NCBI GenBank assembly: GCA_949288585.1
Contig: CASEKR010000002.1
Coordinates: 3,204-67,203, forward strand
Direction: 5' to 3'
Source of the DNA: an uncultured Bacteroides sp.
GTDB taxonomy: Bacteria; Bacteroidota; Bacteroidia; Bacteroidales; Bacteroidaceae
DNA length: 64,000 nt
The notes beneath the pieces are model-generated. The model searched no databases, was not told the DNA's origin, and worked only from the letters and a program-made list of their open reading frames with translations. Made by a program: the position numbers and the translations under genes. This document shows positions 50,513-60,663 of the stretch, in pieces. Numbering within the stretch: the stretch's first letter is position 1; each line of letters opens with the position of its first letter.

Positions 50513-52456
50513 ATGGATACACCGGAACACAACCTGACACTCCCATTGGACGAGGAAAACAACCTGGCTGACACGTCCCAGCCCGCCGTGGACTATACCG
50601 AGGAGAACATCAGACACTTGGACGACATGGAGCATATCCGTGTCCGTTCGGGCATGTACATCGGCCGCCTGGGCGACGGAAGCCAGAACGACGACGGCAT
50701 CTACGTGCTGCTGAAGGAGACAATAGACAACTCGATAGACGAGTTCAAGATGGGGGCGGGCAAGAAAATAGAGGTGACCATCGAGGAAAACCGCCGCGTC
50801 AGCGTGCGCGACTATGGCCGGGGCATCCCGCAGGGCAAGCTGGTGGAAGCGGTGAGCAAGCTGAACACGGGCGGCAAGTATGACTCGAAGGCATTCAAGA
50901 AGAGCGTGGGCCTGAACGGCGTGGGCATCAAGGCGGTCAATGCGTTGAGCGCCAAGTTTGAGGTGCGCAGCTACCGGGACGGCCGGGTGCGCGCCGTCGT
51001 ATTCGAGCGGGGCATCTTGCAAAGCGACGTGACCGAAGACACGACGGAAGAGACAGGCACCTTCATCTACTTCGAGCCGGACGACACGCTGTTCACGGGC
51101 TTCAGCTTCCAGAACCAGTTCGTGGAGAACTTACTCCGCAACTACACGTACCTGAACACGGGACTCACCTTCGTCTACAACGGCCAACGCATCGTCTCGC
51201 GCCACGGCCTGGAGGATTTGCTGAAAGACAACATGACCAGCGAGGGCCTGTATGACATCATCCACCTGAAAGGCGAGGACATCGAGATAGCTTTCACACA
51301 CACCAACCAGTACGGCGAGGAGTATTACTCCTTCGTCAACGGGCAGCATACCACGCAAGGGGGCACCCACCAGTCGGCCCTGAAAGAGCACCTGGCGCGC
51401 ACCATCAAGGAGTTCTACAACAAGAACTTCGACTTCTCCGACATCCGCAACGGGCTGGTGGCCGCCATCGCCATCAACGTGGAAGAGCCGATGTTCGAGA
51501 GCCAGACCAAGACCAAACTTGGCAGCAACAACATGTGGCCCGCCGTGCCCCAAGAGAACAAACCCGCCGGACCGACCATCAACAAATACGTGGGCGACTT
51601 CGTCAAGACGGAGGTAGACAACTACCTGCACAAGAACCCGTTGGTGGCCGAAGTGATGCTCCAAAAGATACAGGATTCGGAAAAAGAGCGCAAGGCCATT
51701 GCGGGCGTCACGAAACTGGCCCGCGAGCGTGCCAAGAAGGCCAACCTGCACAACCGGAAGCTGCGCGACTGCCGTTACCACCTGAGCGACGGCAAGGGCA
51801 AGGAGCAGGAGGCGGAATCGTGCATCTTCATCACCGAGGGCGATTCGGCCAGCGGCTCCATCACCAAGAGCCGCGATGTCAACACGCAGGCCGTCTTCTC
51901 GCTGCGCGGCAAGCCGCTCAACAGCTTCGGCCTGACCAAAAAGGTGGTGTACGAAAACGAGGAGTTCAACCTTCTCCAGGCGGCACTGAACATAGAGGAC
52001 GGCATGGAAGGATTGCGTTACAACAAGGTCATCGTAGCCACCGATGCCGACGTGGACGGCATGCACATCCGCCTGCTGATGATTACGTTCTTCCTCCAGT
52101 TCTTCCCGGACCTCATCAAGAAGGGACACGTCTACATCCTGCAAACGCCGCTCTTCCGCGTGCGCAACAAGAAGAAAACCACCTATTGCTACACCGAAGA
52201 GGAGCGTATCCGTGCCATCCAGGAGTTGGGACCGAACCCGGAAATCACCCGATTCAAGGGTTTAGGGGAAATCTCTCCCGACGAATTCCGCCACTTCATC
52301 GGCAAGGACATGCGCCTGGAGCCGGTCAGCCTGCGCAAGACTGACCTCGTGAAGGAGATGCTGGAGTTCTACATGGGCAAGAACACAATGGAAAGGCAAA
52401 GTTTCATCATACAGAACCTGGTGATTGAGGAGGACCTGGTGGAAGAAGAGGGATAG
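50513..52456 (+). CDS. parE: DNA topoisomerase IV subunit B
   Basis: [37 protein letters not shown] and DADVDG; Bacteroidetes ParE type. Confidence 0.9.
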   Translation: MDTPEHNLTLPLDEENNLADTSQPAVDYTEENIRHLDDMEHIRVRSGMYIGRLGDGSQNDDGIYVLLKETIDNSIDEFKMGAGKKIEVTIEENRRVSVRDYGRGIPQGKLVEAVSKLNTGGKYDSKAFKKSVGLNGVGIKAVNALSAKFEVRSYRDGRVRAVVFERGILQSDVTEDTTEETGTFIYFEPDDTLFTGFSFQNQFVENLLRNYTYLNTGLTFVYNGQRIVSRHGLEDLLKDNMTSEGLYDIIHLKGEDIEIAFTHTNQYGEEYYSFVNGQHTTQGGTHQSALKEHLARTIKEFYNKNFDFSDIRNGLVAAIAINVEEPMFESQTKTKLGSNNMWPAVPQENKPAGPTINKYVGDFVKTEVDNYLHKNPLVAEVMLQKIQDSEKERKAIAGVTKLARERAKKANLHNRKLRDCRYHLSDGKGKEQEAESCIFITEGDSASGSITKSRDVNTQAVFSLRGKPLNSFGLTKKVVYENEEFNLLQAALNIEDGMEGLRYNKVIVATDADVDGMHIRLLMITFFLQFFPDLIKKGHVYILQTPLFRVRNKKKTTYCYTEEERIRAIQELGPNPEITRFKGLGEISPDEFRHFIGKDMRLEPVSLRKTDLVKEMLEFYMGKNTMERQSFIIQNLVIEEDLVEEEG

Positions 52457-52543
52457 AGATAAACAAAAATAAACAGGCTTTCCCTGCCAAGTCTCAGAAA
52501 TATGCCTTACCTTTGTTTCGCCATAACCAATACAGACAACCCA

Positions 52544-52789
52544 ATGGGCAAATGGATGGAACAGCAGAACCAGCAGAAAGAAGCCAAAGAGAAAGACAAG
52601 ACCCGGCGGGAAAAGCTGGCGGGATTCTTCTTCGACTTGGCAAAACTATGTTTCGCAGGACTTGTACTGGGAGCCATCACTCCCCTGCTGGTCAATACAG
52701 AGAACGGAATCAATTGGGCAATGATCATAGGCGGCATTATTTCCACCTATTGGCTTGCCGTCAGTGCCAACAACATTTTGAAAGGATAA
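52544..52789 (+). CDS. Small two-TM membrane protein (81 aa)
   Basis: RREKLAGFFFDLAKL followed by two hydrophobic helices; own TACCTTTG at 52508. Confidence 0.7.
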   Translation: MGKWMEQQNQQKEAKEKDKTRREKLAGFFFDLAKLCFAGLVLGAITPLLVNTENGINWAMIIGGIISTYWLAVSANNILKG

Positions 52790-52795
52790 AAATTT

Positions 52796-52900
52796 ATGAA
52801 TACACTCAGCGTTACCTTCATCATTGTGGCCGTCATCAGTACTGCTTTTGGCCTGTGGACTTGCACGCCTTCAGGCAAGAAATGGATTAAAAGCTTGTAA
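52796..52900 (+). CDS. 34-aa single-TM peptide (absent from the ORF track)
   Basis: [34 protein letters not shown], filling the gap between its neighbours. Confidence 0.65.
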   Translation: MNTLSVTFIIVAVISTAFGLWTCTPSGKKWIKSL

Positions 52901-52907
52901 TACCGCT

Positions 52908-53366
52908 ATGACCCGCGCCATCTTCCCCGGCACGTTCGACCCCTTTACCATCGGACATGCCTCCATCGTCAGCCGCGCGCTGACGTTCATTGACGAGATT
53001 GTCATTGCCATCGGCATCAACGAAAGCAAGCACACGCACTTCCCCCTGGAGCAGCGCCTGCGCATGATCAGCGACTATTACAAGGACAATCCGCGCATCT
53101 CCGTGCAGGCATACGACTGCCTCACCACCGACTTCGCCCGCGAAGCGGGGGCAAACCTCATCGTGCGCGGCATACGCACGGTGCATGATTTCGAATACGA
53201 GGAGACCATCGCCGACATCAACCGCAAACTGACGGGCATCGAAACCATCCTGCTCTTCACCGAACCGGAACTGACGTGCGTCAGCTCTACCATCGTGCGC
53301 GAATTGCTGAGCTTCGGCAAAGACATCAGCCAGTTCGTCCCCCAAGGGATGAAGATAAACGGGTAA
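52908..53366 (+). CDS. coaD: Pantetheine-phosphate adenylyltransferase
   Basis: [21 protein letters not shown] and SSTIVRE. Confidence 0.95.
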   Translation: MTRAIFPGTFDPFTIGHASIVSRALTFIDEIVIAIGINESKHTHFPLEQRLRMISDYYKDNPRISVQAYDCLTTDFAREAGANLIVRGIRTVHDFEYEETIADINRKLTGIETILLFTEPELTCVSSTIVRELLSFGKDISQFVPQGMKING

Positions 53367-53389
53367 AAACAGACATAGAAAATAAAACA

Positions 53390-55018
53390 ATGAAGAAGAC
53401 AATCATACTCAGCCTGTGGCTGGCGGCCTTTGCCCTCCAGGCATGGGCACAAGGGAACCTGCCCTTGCGCAAATTGCAGATGGCCGAGTTCGCCATCAGC
53501 CGCCTCTACGTAGACACGGTGAACGAGAACAAACTGGTGGAAAGCGCCATCATCGAGATGCTGGCACAACTGGACCCGCATTCTACGTACAACAATGCCG
53601 AAGAAGTGAAAGCCATGAACGAGCCGTTGCAAGGCAACTTCGAAGGCATCGGCGTGCAGTTCCAGATGATAGAAGACACGTTGCTGGTCATACAGCCTGT
53701 CAGCGGGGGGCCGTCGGAAAAGGTGGGCATCCTGGCGGGCGACCGCATCACGGCCGTCAACGATACGGCCATTGCGGGCGTCAAGATGGGCACAGATGAA
53801 ATCATGAGCCGCTTGCGCGGGCCGAAAGGCTCGAAGGTGAACCTCACCATCGTGCGGCGCGGCGTCAAGGACCCGCTGGCCTTCACCGTGAAACGCGACA
53901 AAATCCCCATCCACAGCCTCGATGCCGCCTACATGATCCAACCCCGGACGGGCTACATACGCATCAACCGCTTCGGCGCCACCACGCCCGACGAGTTCGG
54001 CCAAGCCCTGGAAACATTGCAAGGACAAGGCATGAAAGACCTGATTTTGGACTTGCAAGGCAACGGGGGCGGCTACCTCAACGCCGCCATTGACCTGGCC
54101 AACCAGTTTCTGGGGCAGCGCGAACTGATTGTCTACACCGAAGGGCGGGCAGAGAAACGGCGCGAGTTCCTGGCGCAAGGCAACGGGCACCTGCGCACGG
54201 GGCGCTTAGTGGTCTTGGTGGATGAATATTCGGCCTCGGCCAGCGAGATTGTGACAGGAGCGATACAAGACTGGGACCGGGGAGTGATTGTAGGACGCCG
54301 TACCTTCGGCAAGGGATTGGTGCAACGCCCCATCGACCTGCCGGACGGTTCAATGATACGCCTCACCGTGGCACGCTACTACACGCCCGCAGGACGCTGC
54401 ATCCAAAAACCCTACGACACTTCGGCCAAGAACGGCGAAGACATGCTGGAACAATATCACCGCGACCTGCTGGACCGCTTCAACCACGGGGAACTGATGC
54501 ACGCCGACAGCATCCACTTCCCCGACTCGCTGAAATATACCACCAAGCGGCTGGGGCGCACGGTCTATGGCGGAGGGGGCATCATGCCCGATTTCTTCGT
54601 GCCCATCGACACCACGCTCTATACCGACTGGCACCGCAACCTGGTGGCCAAAGGGGTCATCATCCGCAGCACCACGGGATACATAGAGAAACACCGGCAG
54701 GAATTGAAAGAGCGGTACAAGGATTTCAAGGCCTTCAACCGGAAGTTTGAAATAGACGATACTTTCATGGCTGATGTCAAGACCCTGGCCGAAAAAGAGA
54801 AAATCGCCTTCAACGAAGAACAATACGTCCAGTCCCTGCCCTTGGTGAAAACGCAGTTGAAGGCACTCATCGCCCGCGACCTGTGGGACATGAACGAATA
54901 CTTCCAGGTGATGAACACCACCGACCGCACCGTGCAACAGGCCCTCAAGGTGCTGAACGAAGGCGGATATGAACAAATCATGTCACGCCCGGTGCTCAAG
55001 GCGTTGCCCGTAGAATAA
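53390..55018 (+). CDS. S41 C-terminal processing peptidase
   Basis: LDPHS, PDZ domain, LDLQGNGGG, SASASE and FGKGLVQ. Confidence 0.93.
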   Translation: MKKTIILSLWLAAFALQAWAQGNLPLRKLQMAEFAISRLYVDTVNENKLVESAIIEMLAQLDPHSTYNNAEEVKAMNEPLQGNFEGIGVQFQMIEDTLLVIQPVSGGPSEKVGILAGDRITAVNDTAIAGVKMGTDEIMSRLRGPKGSKVNLTIVRRGVKDPLAFTVKRDKIPIHSLDAAYMIQPRTGYIRINRFGATTPDEFGQALETLQGQGMKDLILDLQGNGGGYLNAAIDLANQFLGQRELIVYTEGRAEKRREFLAQGNGHLRTGRLVVLVDEYSASASEIVTGAIQDWDRGVIVGRRTFGKGLVQRPIDLPDGSMIRLTVARYYTPAGRCIQKPYDTSAKNGEDMLEQYHRDLLDRFNHGELMHADSIHFPDSLKYTTKRLGRTVYGGGGIMPDFFVPIDTTLYTDWHRNLVAKGVIIRSTTGYIEKHRQELKERYKDFKAFNRKFEIDDTFMADVKTLAEKEKIAFNEEQYVQSLPLVKTQLKALIARDLWDMNEYFQVMNTTDRTVQQALKVLNEGGYEQIMSRPVLKALPVE

Positions 55019-55032
55019 CAGGACAGGGCAAA

Positions 55033-55084
55033 AAACAAGAAGACGCAGGCGGAATCCAAGCGGTTCGCCTGCGTCTTCTTGTTT
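55033..55084. terminator. Bidirectional terminator
   Basis: AAACAAGAAGACGCAGGCG..CGCCTGCGTCTTCTTGTTT between convergent genes. Confidence 0.85.
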
Positions 55085-55099
55085 CTTGTCCCTAACGAC

Positions 55100-55786
55100 T
55101 TATTTCTCTTTGCCGCTGCCAATGGCGTTCCACACCAAAGCGCTGATGGCCGCTCCCACAAACGGGGCTACAATGAAGAGCCACAACTGTGACAATGCCT
55201 GTCCGCCTTCGAACAGGGCCGGACCGATGCTGCGTGCCGGATTGACTGACGTTCCCGTGATGGGGATGCAGACAATGTGCACAATGACCAGCGTCAAACC
55301 AATGGCCAAGCCAGCCAGGTTGCCTGCCCCTTTCTTGCTGTCGGTCGTGCCCAGCACCACCAGCACAAAGATAAAGGTGAACAGAGCCTCGGCAATAAAG
55401 GCCTGCAACATCATCCCGTCGGCATACGTGTTGCATCCCGTGGCCGTAGGCCCGTTATGAACACCCGAAGAGACCATTAGCCAAAGGATGGCCGAACCAA
55501 TCACAGCGCCTATCACTTGGAACAGCATGTACATGCCCGCATCCTTGCCCGTCATACGTCCGGACAGCCAGACACCCAATGTAATGGCCGGATTGATGTG
55601 GCATCCGGAGATGCCGCCGATGGTATAAGCCATAGCTACCACCGCCAGGCCAAAGGCCAAAGCCACGCCCAGCGTTCCTACACCTGCGCTGACAGCACCC
55701 GCCGCATTGCCGGCAAAGATGGCACTGCCACAACCTACCAAGACGAGGACCATAGTCCCCACCATTTCTGCCAAGTACTTTTTCAT
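55100..55786 (-). CDS. aqpZ: Aquaporin (MIP family)
   Basis: SGCHINPA and SVNPARS. Confidence 0.9.
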   Translation of the reverse strand: MKKYLAEMVGTMVLVLVGCGSAIFAGNAAGAVSAGVGTLGVALAFGLAVVAMAYTIGGISGCHINPAITLGVWLSGRMTGKDAGMYMLFQVIGAVIGSAILWLMVSSGVHNGPTATGCNTYADGMMLQAFIAEALFTFIFVLVVLGTTDSKKGAGNLAGLAIGLTLVIVHIVCIPITGTSVNPARSIGPALFEGGQALSQLWLFIVAPFVGAAISALVWNAIGSGKEK

Positions 55787-55869
55787 AAGTCTGATAATTT
55801 AAAGGTTTATACGTTCCAAATATACGCATTTAGCAGACATGTTGTCCTGCCTGCGGCCAAAAAATCGCC

Positions 55870-56934
55870 TTACTTGCCGTTTATCACGGGAACCTCGGCT
55901 GTGGTGGAAGGCGTGGCATTCTTCATCACCGGCCATCCGTCCACCCAGTCCACACGGTCCAGGCTGACGCTGCGTCCTTCGTCGCCGTCCACCCGGGGCT
56001 TGAAATAAGCATGGTAGAGCATCCAAGTCTGGTGTGCATCGTCTTCCTGCAAGATGGAGTTATGGCCTGTGCCACGGAAGGTATTGTCCTCGGTGCCGCG
56101 CAGCAGCAGTTCATCGGCATTGTCCAGCATTGACTGCCCAGCCTTGTTCACATACGGTCCGAACAGGTTCTTTGAACGTCCCACCACGGTAGTGTAGGTA
56201 CTCCGGTAGCCCTCGCAGCAGGTGCCCCGCGAAGCAAACATGTAATAATAGCCATCGTGCTTCCACAGGTTGACGCCTTCGTAAGCATTGCCGGCCACCT
56301 TTTGCTTGGTTTCCAGTTTGGGAGTGATGGTCAGGTCGTCCGCAACATTCAGTTCAATAATATACAGTCCGCTGAAGCTGCCCCACAACATGTAATATTT
56401 GCCGTCTTCTTCCCAAAAGAACTGGTCGATGGAGTTCTGCACGTTTACCTCATGACTGGTGAATACATGGCCTTTCGGGATAAACGGGCCTTCCGGCTTG
56501 TCGGCTATCGCATAGCCCACCGTGCTGAGCCATTCTTCGCCCCAGCGAGCCAGGGAATAGAACAATACGTATTTCCCTTTGACATAACGGATTTCGGGCG
56601 CCCACAGGCTGGCGGGCTTGTCGGTAACCTCGGGCGGGAAGGCCGGGCGTGTGGCATCCGTAAAGGCTGTGCCCACAAAGATCCAGTCCACCAAGTTGTC
56701 AGACTTGTAGATGGGCATGTTGCGCGTGTCTTCCGTGCCATACAGATAATAAGTGCCATCGCTCACCCGGATGCAGGTAGGATCCGGTGCCGAATGATTG
56801 ATGACCGGGTTATGGTACACCTTCTGCTCTTCCCCGGAGGTAGCGTAAGGTACACCTATTTCTATTTTTTCCTCTGCCGATACCATCGATGCAGAGAGAG
56901 CCAACATGGCTAAACAAGCAAATCTCAGTTTCAT
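55870..56934 (-). CDS. GH43 glycoside hydrolase with SPI signal peptide
   Basis: APDP, WAPE, SID, YEG and GHNS. Confidence 0.9.
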   Translation of the reverse strand: MKLRFACLAMLALSASMVSAEEKIEIGVPYATSGEEQKVYHNPVINHSAPDPTCIRVSDGTYYLYGTEDTRNMPIYKSDNLVDWIFVGTAFTDATRPAFPPEVTDKPASLWAPEIRYVKGKYVLFYSLARWGEEWLSTVGYAIADKPEGPFIPKGHVFTSHEVNVQNSIDQFFWEEDGKYYMLWGSFSGLYIIELNVADDLTITPKLETKQKVAGNAYEGVNLWKHDGYYYMFASRGTCCEGYRSTYTTVVGRSKNLFGPYVNKAGQSMLDNADELLLRGTEDNTFRGTGHNSILQEDDAHQTWMLYHAYFKPRVDGDEGRSVSLDRVDWVDGWPVMKNATPSTTAEVPVINGK

Positions 56935-56993
56935 GTTCTAATTCTATTATTGGGTTATTAAATAAGTAAGTCCTATCTTCAAAACGGTCGAGG

Positions 56994-59480
56994 TTATTTC
57001 TTTTCCAGCACCAGCATCTTCTCACGGAACGGGATAGGATAGGCGCTCAGCCAGACCTCCGGGCGGATGGATTGCCCGGAGATGACGCCTGCCCTCGTGC
57101 CATCGTCCGGGCGGTCGGTGTTTGTATAATCCATATTGCGGTTCAATGCCAAGACATATGCTTCGATTTTCTTTCCTGCCATGTCTGCGGTCAGGGGCAA
57201 GTAGTACGTGTAATTTCGGTCACGGTTGGCGCTCTTGTATTCCCAGGTGTTCGAAGTGAAAGAGGGGGCACGGTCGGGACAGCCCACATATTCGCCATCC
57301 ACCTTAAAGGCAGCCCAAGCGCCTTCCTCGCCATGATAACCATTGACAGCCACGCAGAGGTAGCCTCCTTCGGGAATTTCATCCAAAACAAACTCGCTCT
57401 TCCAGGCTTTCATGGCCAAACATGTGGAACTGCCATAAGGACGGAAGAGGTTGGATGCGCGCCACTGGCTGCGGTCTACGGCCTTCCCGTCTTTATAGCC
57501 TGTTACCTCTGACAAACGGAACGGGCACGGGGAGAAACGCACGTAGCGGACGCTACCTGCCTGGCTCAAGTCTATCTCCATGTGCGGGCCTGCCATAAAG
57601 ACGATTTGTTTCCAGTTCTTCAGGTCGGCAGAGACGTATGCTTCCACGCCTTCATAGGATTTCAGGGGAGTAATGGAATATTCGTCAAAAGATTCGATGA
57701 CCAATTTGTCCAATTCTTGGCTTTCCCCCATATCCAAGTGGAAGCCAGACTCGCCGAAAGGCCGTATATCGCCCCAGCGCATGGCGATGGAGAAACCAGT
57801 GGACGGGTCGCCGTCAAACAAGTTGCGGTCCCATATCTCGCGTTCCTTGAACAATGCCTGACCAAAGAAAGCGTCCCGGGCAGCCTTCACTTGGGGAATG
57901 GCCGTCTCGCCCGAGCGTTTCAGCGAACGCACTTCCAGGGCATTGTTGTCGGCGGCAAAACAGGTGGCATAATACAAAGCCTCGGCATCGCCAGGCACCT
58001 CCGCACAGGCGTCCATATCTGCCAGTTTCCGGTAAGGCGAAGCTGCCATCCCCGCCCCGTCGAAGCGCAACGCCACGCTGCGCCCGCCCAACAGTTTACG
58101 GGCCTGCTCCCCGTCAATCTGCGCAGACTTGAAAATGTCTTTCCCCTGTTCCAGGCGGACGGAATATTTCTCTCCGGGCTTGCCCAACAGGCGCACTTCG
58201 GCGACATTGCCCGCCCGGTCGTTGATAATCTGGTAAGGGATGCCGCTCAAGGCCACCTTATCTGTTTCCGGTTCAGTGGTCAGCTTCACTAAAGCCACGC
58301 GGAAAGGCAATACCTCTACTTCAAGTTCTGCACCGTAAGCATGTTTGCCCAGGTCATAAATGTAAGGATGATAAAGGCGTGCCTTCACTTCTTTGCCTTT
58401 CTCTGACAAACCGGTTTCCTCGTCCAGCTTCAAGCGGTAAGTCACTTTCTCCCACGAGAGATTGCGCAGGGTAATGAATTGCGTTTTCCCGTCGCCCCGC
58501 GAGATAGCCCCTTCGCCATAACGTCCTTCCGGCAAGAGCTTGCCCTGCACCAATATGTCACGGTAATCGCGGTGCAGGTTGTAGATGTAGGCCAGGTAGG
58601 GAAACTCTTCATCTTTCAGCAGCCAAGGGTTGGCATAAATCTGGGGAGCCAATATCAGCCCACGGTTGAAAGCCTGCAACACCAAGTCGTCTTCCCAATA
58701 GTCCAGGCAAGAGGACAGGCATACCCCATGGTCTTCCGTCAGGCGCGTCAAGCCGTCGGGCGCTTTCCGGGCCAAGGCGCGCGCCCGATGGTGGGGAGCC
58801 GTCACATCGTTGGTCATAAACACATCGACGTAAGTCTCCTCGCCGCCCAAGAGGAAAGTTGTCGAATATTTGGTGGACGGTCCCAAGTCCAAGCGATGGT
58901 TCAGCAAGATAAAGGCAGGGTCTATCTCACGGATGCCTTTCATCATCCGGTCAAAATAGCCGTACTTGTCCGGGCGCAATTGTCCGCAGACAGCATCCAT
59001 CTTGAAAAGCCCGAAATTATACTTCCGCACCAATTCCGTCATCACATCCATGCGTTCTTCGGCTTCGGCAGGAGTGTCCCCGAATCCGTCAGGACCGCAC
59101 CAGACACCCAGGCGGGTTCCCATGCCGGCAGCCTTGGCACAGACCCCTTCCAAGCCATTGGGGAATTGTTCTTTGAACCGCGCCGAGCGCGTGCTTCCAT
59201 AACGTTTGGCTCCATCCAAAGCCCCGGCATCGAAAGCATAGATGTCGAGTTGCATCCCATAGCGGTCGTACAACCAGCGGAAGAAGTCCAGATTGATTTG
59301 CGTTTGTTCTTCCGTAGGGCCTTCATTGGTATTGTTTATCCAAGAGAAATATTCCGACCGCGAAGGCGTGTGTTCATCCGCGCCACCGACGGGCAGGGAC
59401 TGTCCCCACATAACAGGCGAAAACAAGCAAAGCGCCAAGCTCAGCCATACAGTCCTATTCTTCTTACATGTCGTGTTCAT
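56994..59480 (-). CDS. Uncharacterised putative glycoside hydrolase (clan GH-D-like motifs)
   Basis: Signal peptide, FSW, IYAFDAG, LGVW and FKMD, plus a C-terminal galactose-binding-like domain; PUL context. Confidence 0.55.
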   Translation of the reverse strand: MNTTCKKNRTVWLSLALCLFSPVMWGQSLPVGGADEHTPSRSEYFSWINNTNEGPTEEQTQINLDFFRWLYDRYGMQLDIYAFDAGALDGAKRYGSTRSARFKEQFPNGLEGVCAKAAGMGTRLGVWCGPDGFGDTPAEAEERMDVMTELVRKYNFGLFKMDAVCGQLRPDKYGYFDRMMKGIREIDPAFILLNHRLDLGPSTKYSTTFLLGGEETYVDVFMTNDVTAPHHRARALARKAPDGLTRLTEDHGVCLSSCLDYWEDDLVLQAFNRGLILAPQIYANPWLLKDEEFPYLAYIYNLHRDYRDILVQGKLLPEGRYGEGAISRGDGKTQFITLRNLSWEKVTYRLKLDEETGLSEKGKEVKARLYHPYIYDLGKHAYGAELEVEVLPFRVALVKLTTEPETDKVALSGIPYQIINDRAGNVAEVRLLGKPGEKYSVRLEQGKDIFKSAQIDGEQARKLLGGRSVALRFDGAGMAASPYRKLADMDACAEVPGDAEALYYATCFAADNNALEVRSLKRSGETAIPQVKAARDAFFGQALFKEREIWDRNLFDGDPSTGFSIAMRWGDIRPFGESGFHLDMGESQELDKLVIESFDEYSITPLKSYEGVEAYVSADLKNWKQIVFMAGPHMEIDLSQAGSVRYVRFSPCPFRLSEVTGYKDGKAVDRSQWRASNLFRPYGSSTCLAMKAWKSEFVLDEIPEGGYLCVAVNGYHGEEGAWAAFKVDGEYVGCPDRAPSFTSNTWEYKSANRDRNYTYYLPLTADMAGKKIEAYVLALNRNMDYTNTDRPDDGTRAGVISGQSIRPEVWLSAYPIPFREKMLVLEKK

Positions 59481-59579
59481 GTGATAATGTTATAAAATCG
59501 TTCTAATTAGAAAATCCCCGCAAAGCCAAAAGCAAGCCTCCGCAAAAGCCATGCCTTGTCTTCGCAAGTCGCATAATTC

Positions 59580-60566
59580 TTACAATGTTCTTATCTCTTC
59601 TTCCGACAAACCCGTAGAACGGGCTATTACATCGGCAGGCACATGCAGTGACTTCATTGTCCTTGCAATCTCCTTCTTAGCTTCTTCAGCACCTTCCGCA
59701 CGGCCTTTCTCCAGTCCTTGGGCGCGGCCTTCTTCCAAGCCTTTAGCGCGGCCTTCCGCACGGCCTTCCTCCAATCCTTCTGCGCGGCCCTCCGCACGAC
59801 CTTCTTCCAGTCCTTCTGCACGACCCTCGGCACGGCCTTCCGCACGCTCCGTGAAGATATTGTCGCGCAGAATCACGATATTGTCCAGATGGCGGTAATA
59901 AGCCTTCAACTCATCTTTGCTCATGCGGTCTAACTTCAGCCGCTCGCGCACTTCTTCCAAGCCGGGAGCCGTTGCATCGGCCGGAATGTCCCCGGTGTTC
60001 AGGTAATAAATCCATTCCTCCAGGGGGCTTTTGGCCACCTGGTTGAAGTCGTTCACCTTCAGGATATAATATTCCGGATAAAGCTGGCTCACGGTATCCA
60101 CCTTGAAGGTTTGGCGCTGGAAGGGAGTCAGTTCCAACACGTCGCCTTCGTGGATGCCGCGAAATTCCGTCTTCCCGTGGTAGACCGTGTCTTTGCCGCT
60201 GCCCAACGAGAAATAGACAATGTTCACGCTATATACCTTGCGGACGTTCTCATAGCCTTCGCCCCGGTTGATGTATTCGGTCACCAGCTTGGAGACGCCG
60301 AACAACATGCGCTGGAAATAGGCGTATTCATTGTTGTTCTGCACTTCTATCAGTATCAGCTCGCCTTTGGAATTTTCGGCCAGCATGTCTACCCGGTTAT
60401 ATTTGTCAAACTCGTCCTCCTGGTTGCTCTCGCTTTCCAGCAGTTTCTGGATTGTAATCTTCTCGCCCAGCAACGTGGTGAGGAAACCTTCCAGCACCGA
60501 GAAGTTGGCCTTATTCCGGAGCAAACGCTTCATTGCCCAGTCGAAACGGATGTAATTGCCTGCCAT
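59580..60566 (-). CDS. Rpn-family PD-(D/E)XK nuclease with EG(R/L)xE repeat tail
   Basis: RFDWAMKRLLR, NRVD..IEVQ, tandem 12-bp repeats at about 59690-59845 and IARSTGLS. Confidence 0.9.
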   Translation of the reverse strand: MAGNYIRFDWAMKRLLRNKANFSVLEGFLTTLLGEKITIQKLLESESNQEDEFDKYNRVDMLAENSKGELILIEVQNNNEYAYFQRMLFGVSKLVTEYINRGEGYENVRKVYSVNIVYFSLGSGKDTVYHGKTEFRGIHEGDVLELTPFQRQTFKVDTVSQLYPEYYILKVNDFNQVAKSPLEEWIYYLNTGDIPADATAPGLEEVRERLKLDRMSKDELKAYYRHLDNIVILRDNIFTERAEGRAEGRAEGLEEGRAEGRAEGLEEGRAEGRAKGLEEGRAQGLEKGRAEGAEEAKKEIARTMKSLHVPADVIARSTGLSEEEIRTL

Positions 60567-60663
60567 AGTTTTCCTATATTTATATCTTCGCAAAAATAAG
60601 CATTTCTGCCGAGAAAAACGAAAACAGTCCCAAGATTCTCCCGGAATCCGGCATACGGACGGG

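Noticed and set aside
50513-52456. gyrB assignment
   Set aside because: RSGMYIG, LRGKPLN and the short C-terminus fit Bacteroidetes ParE better.
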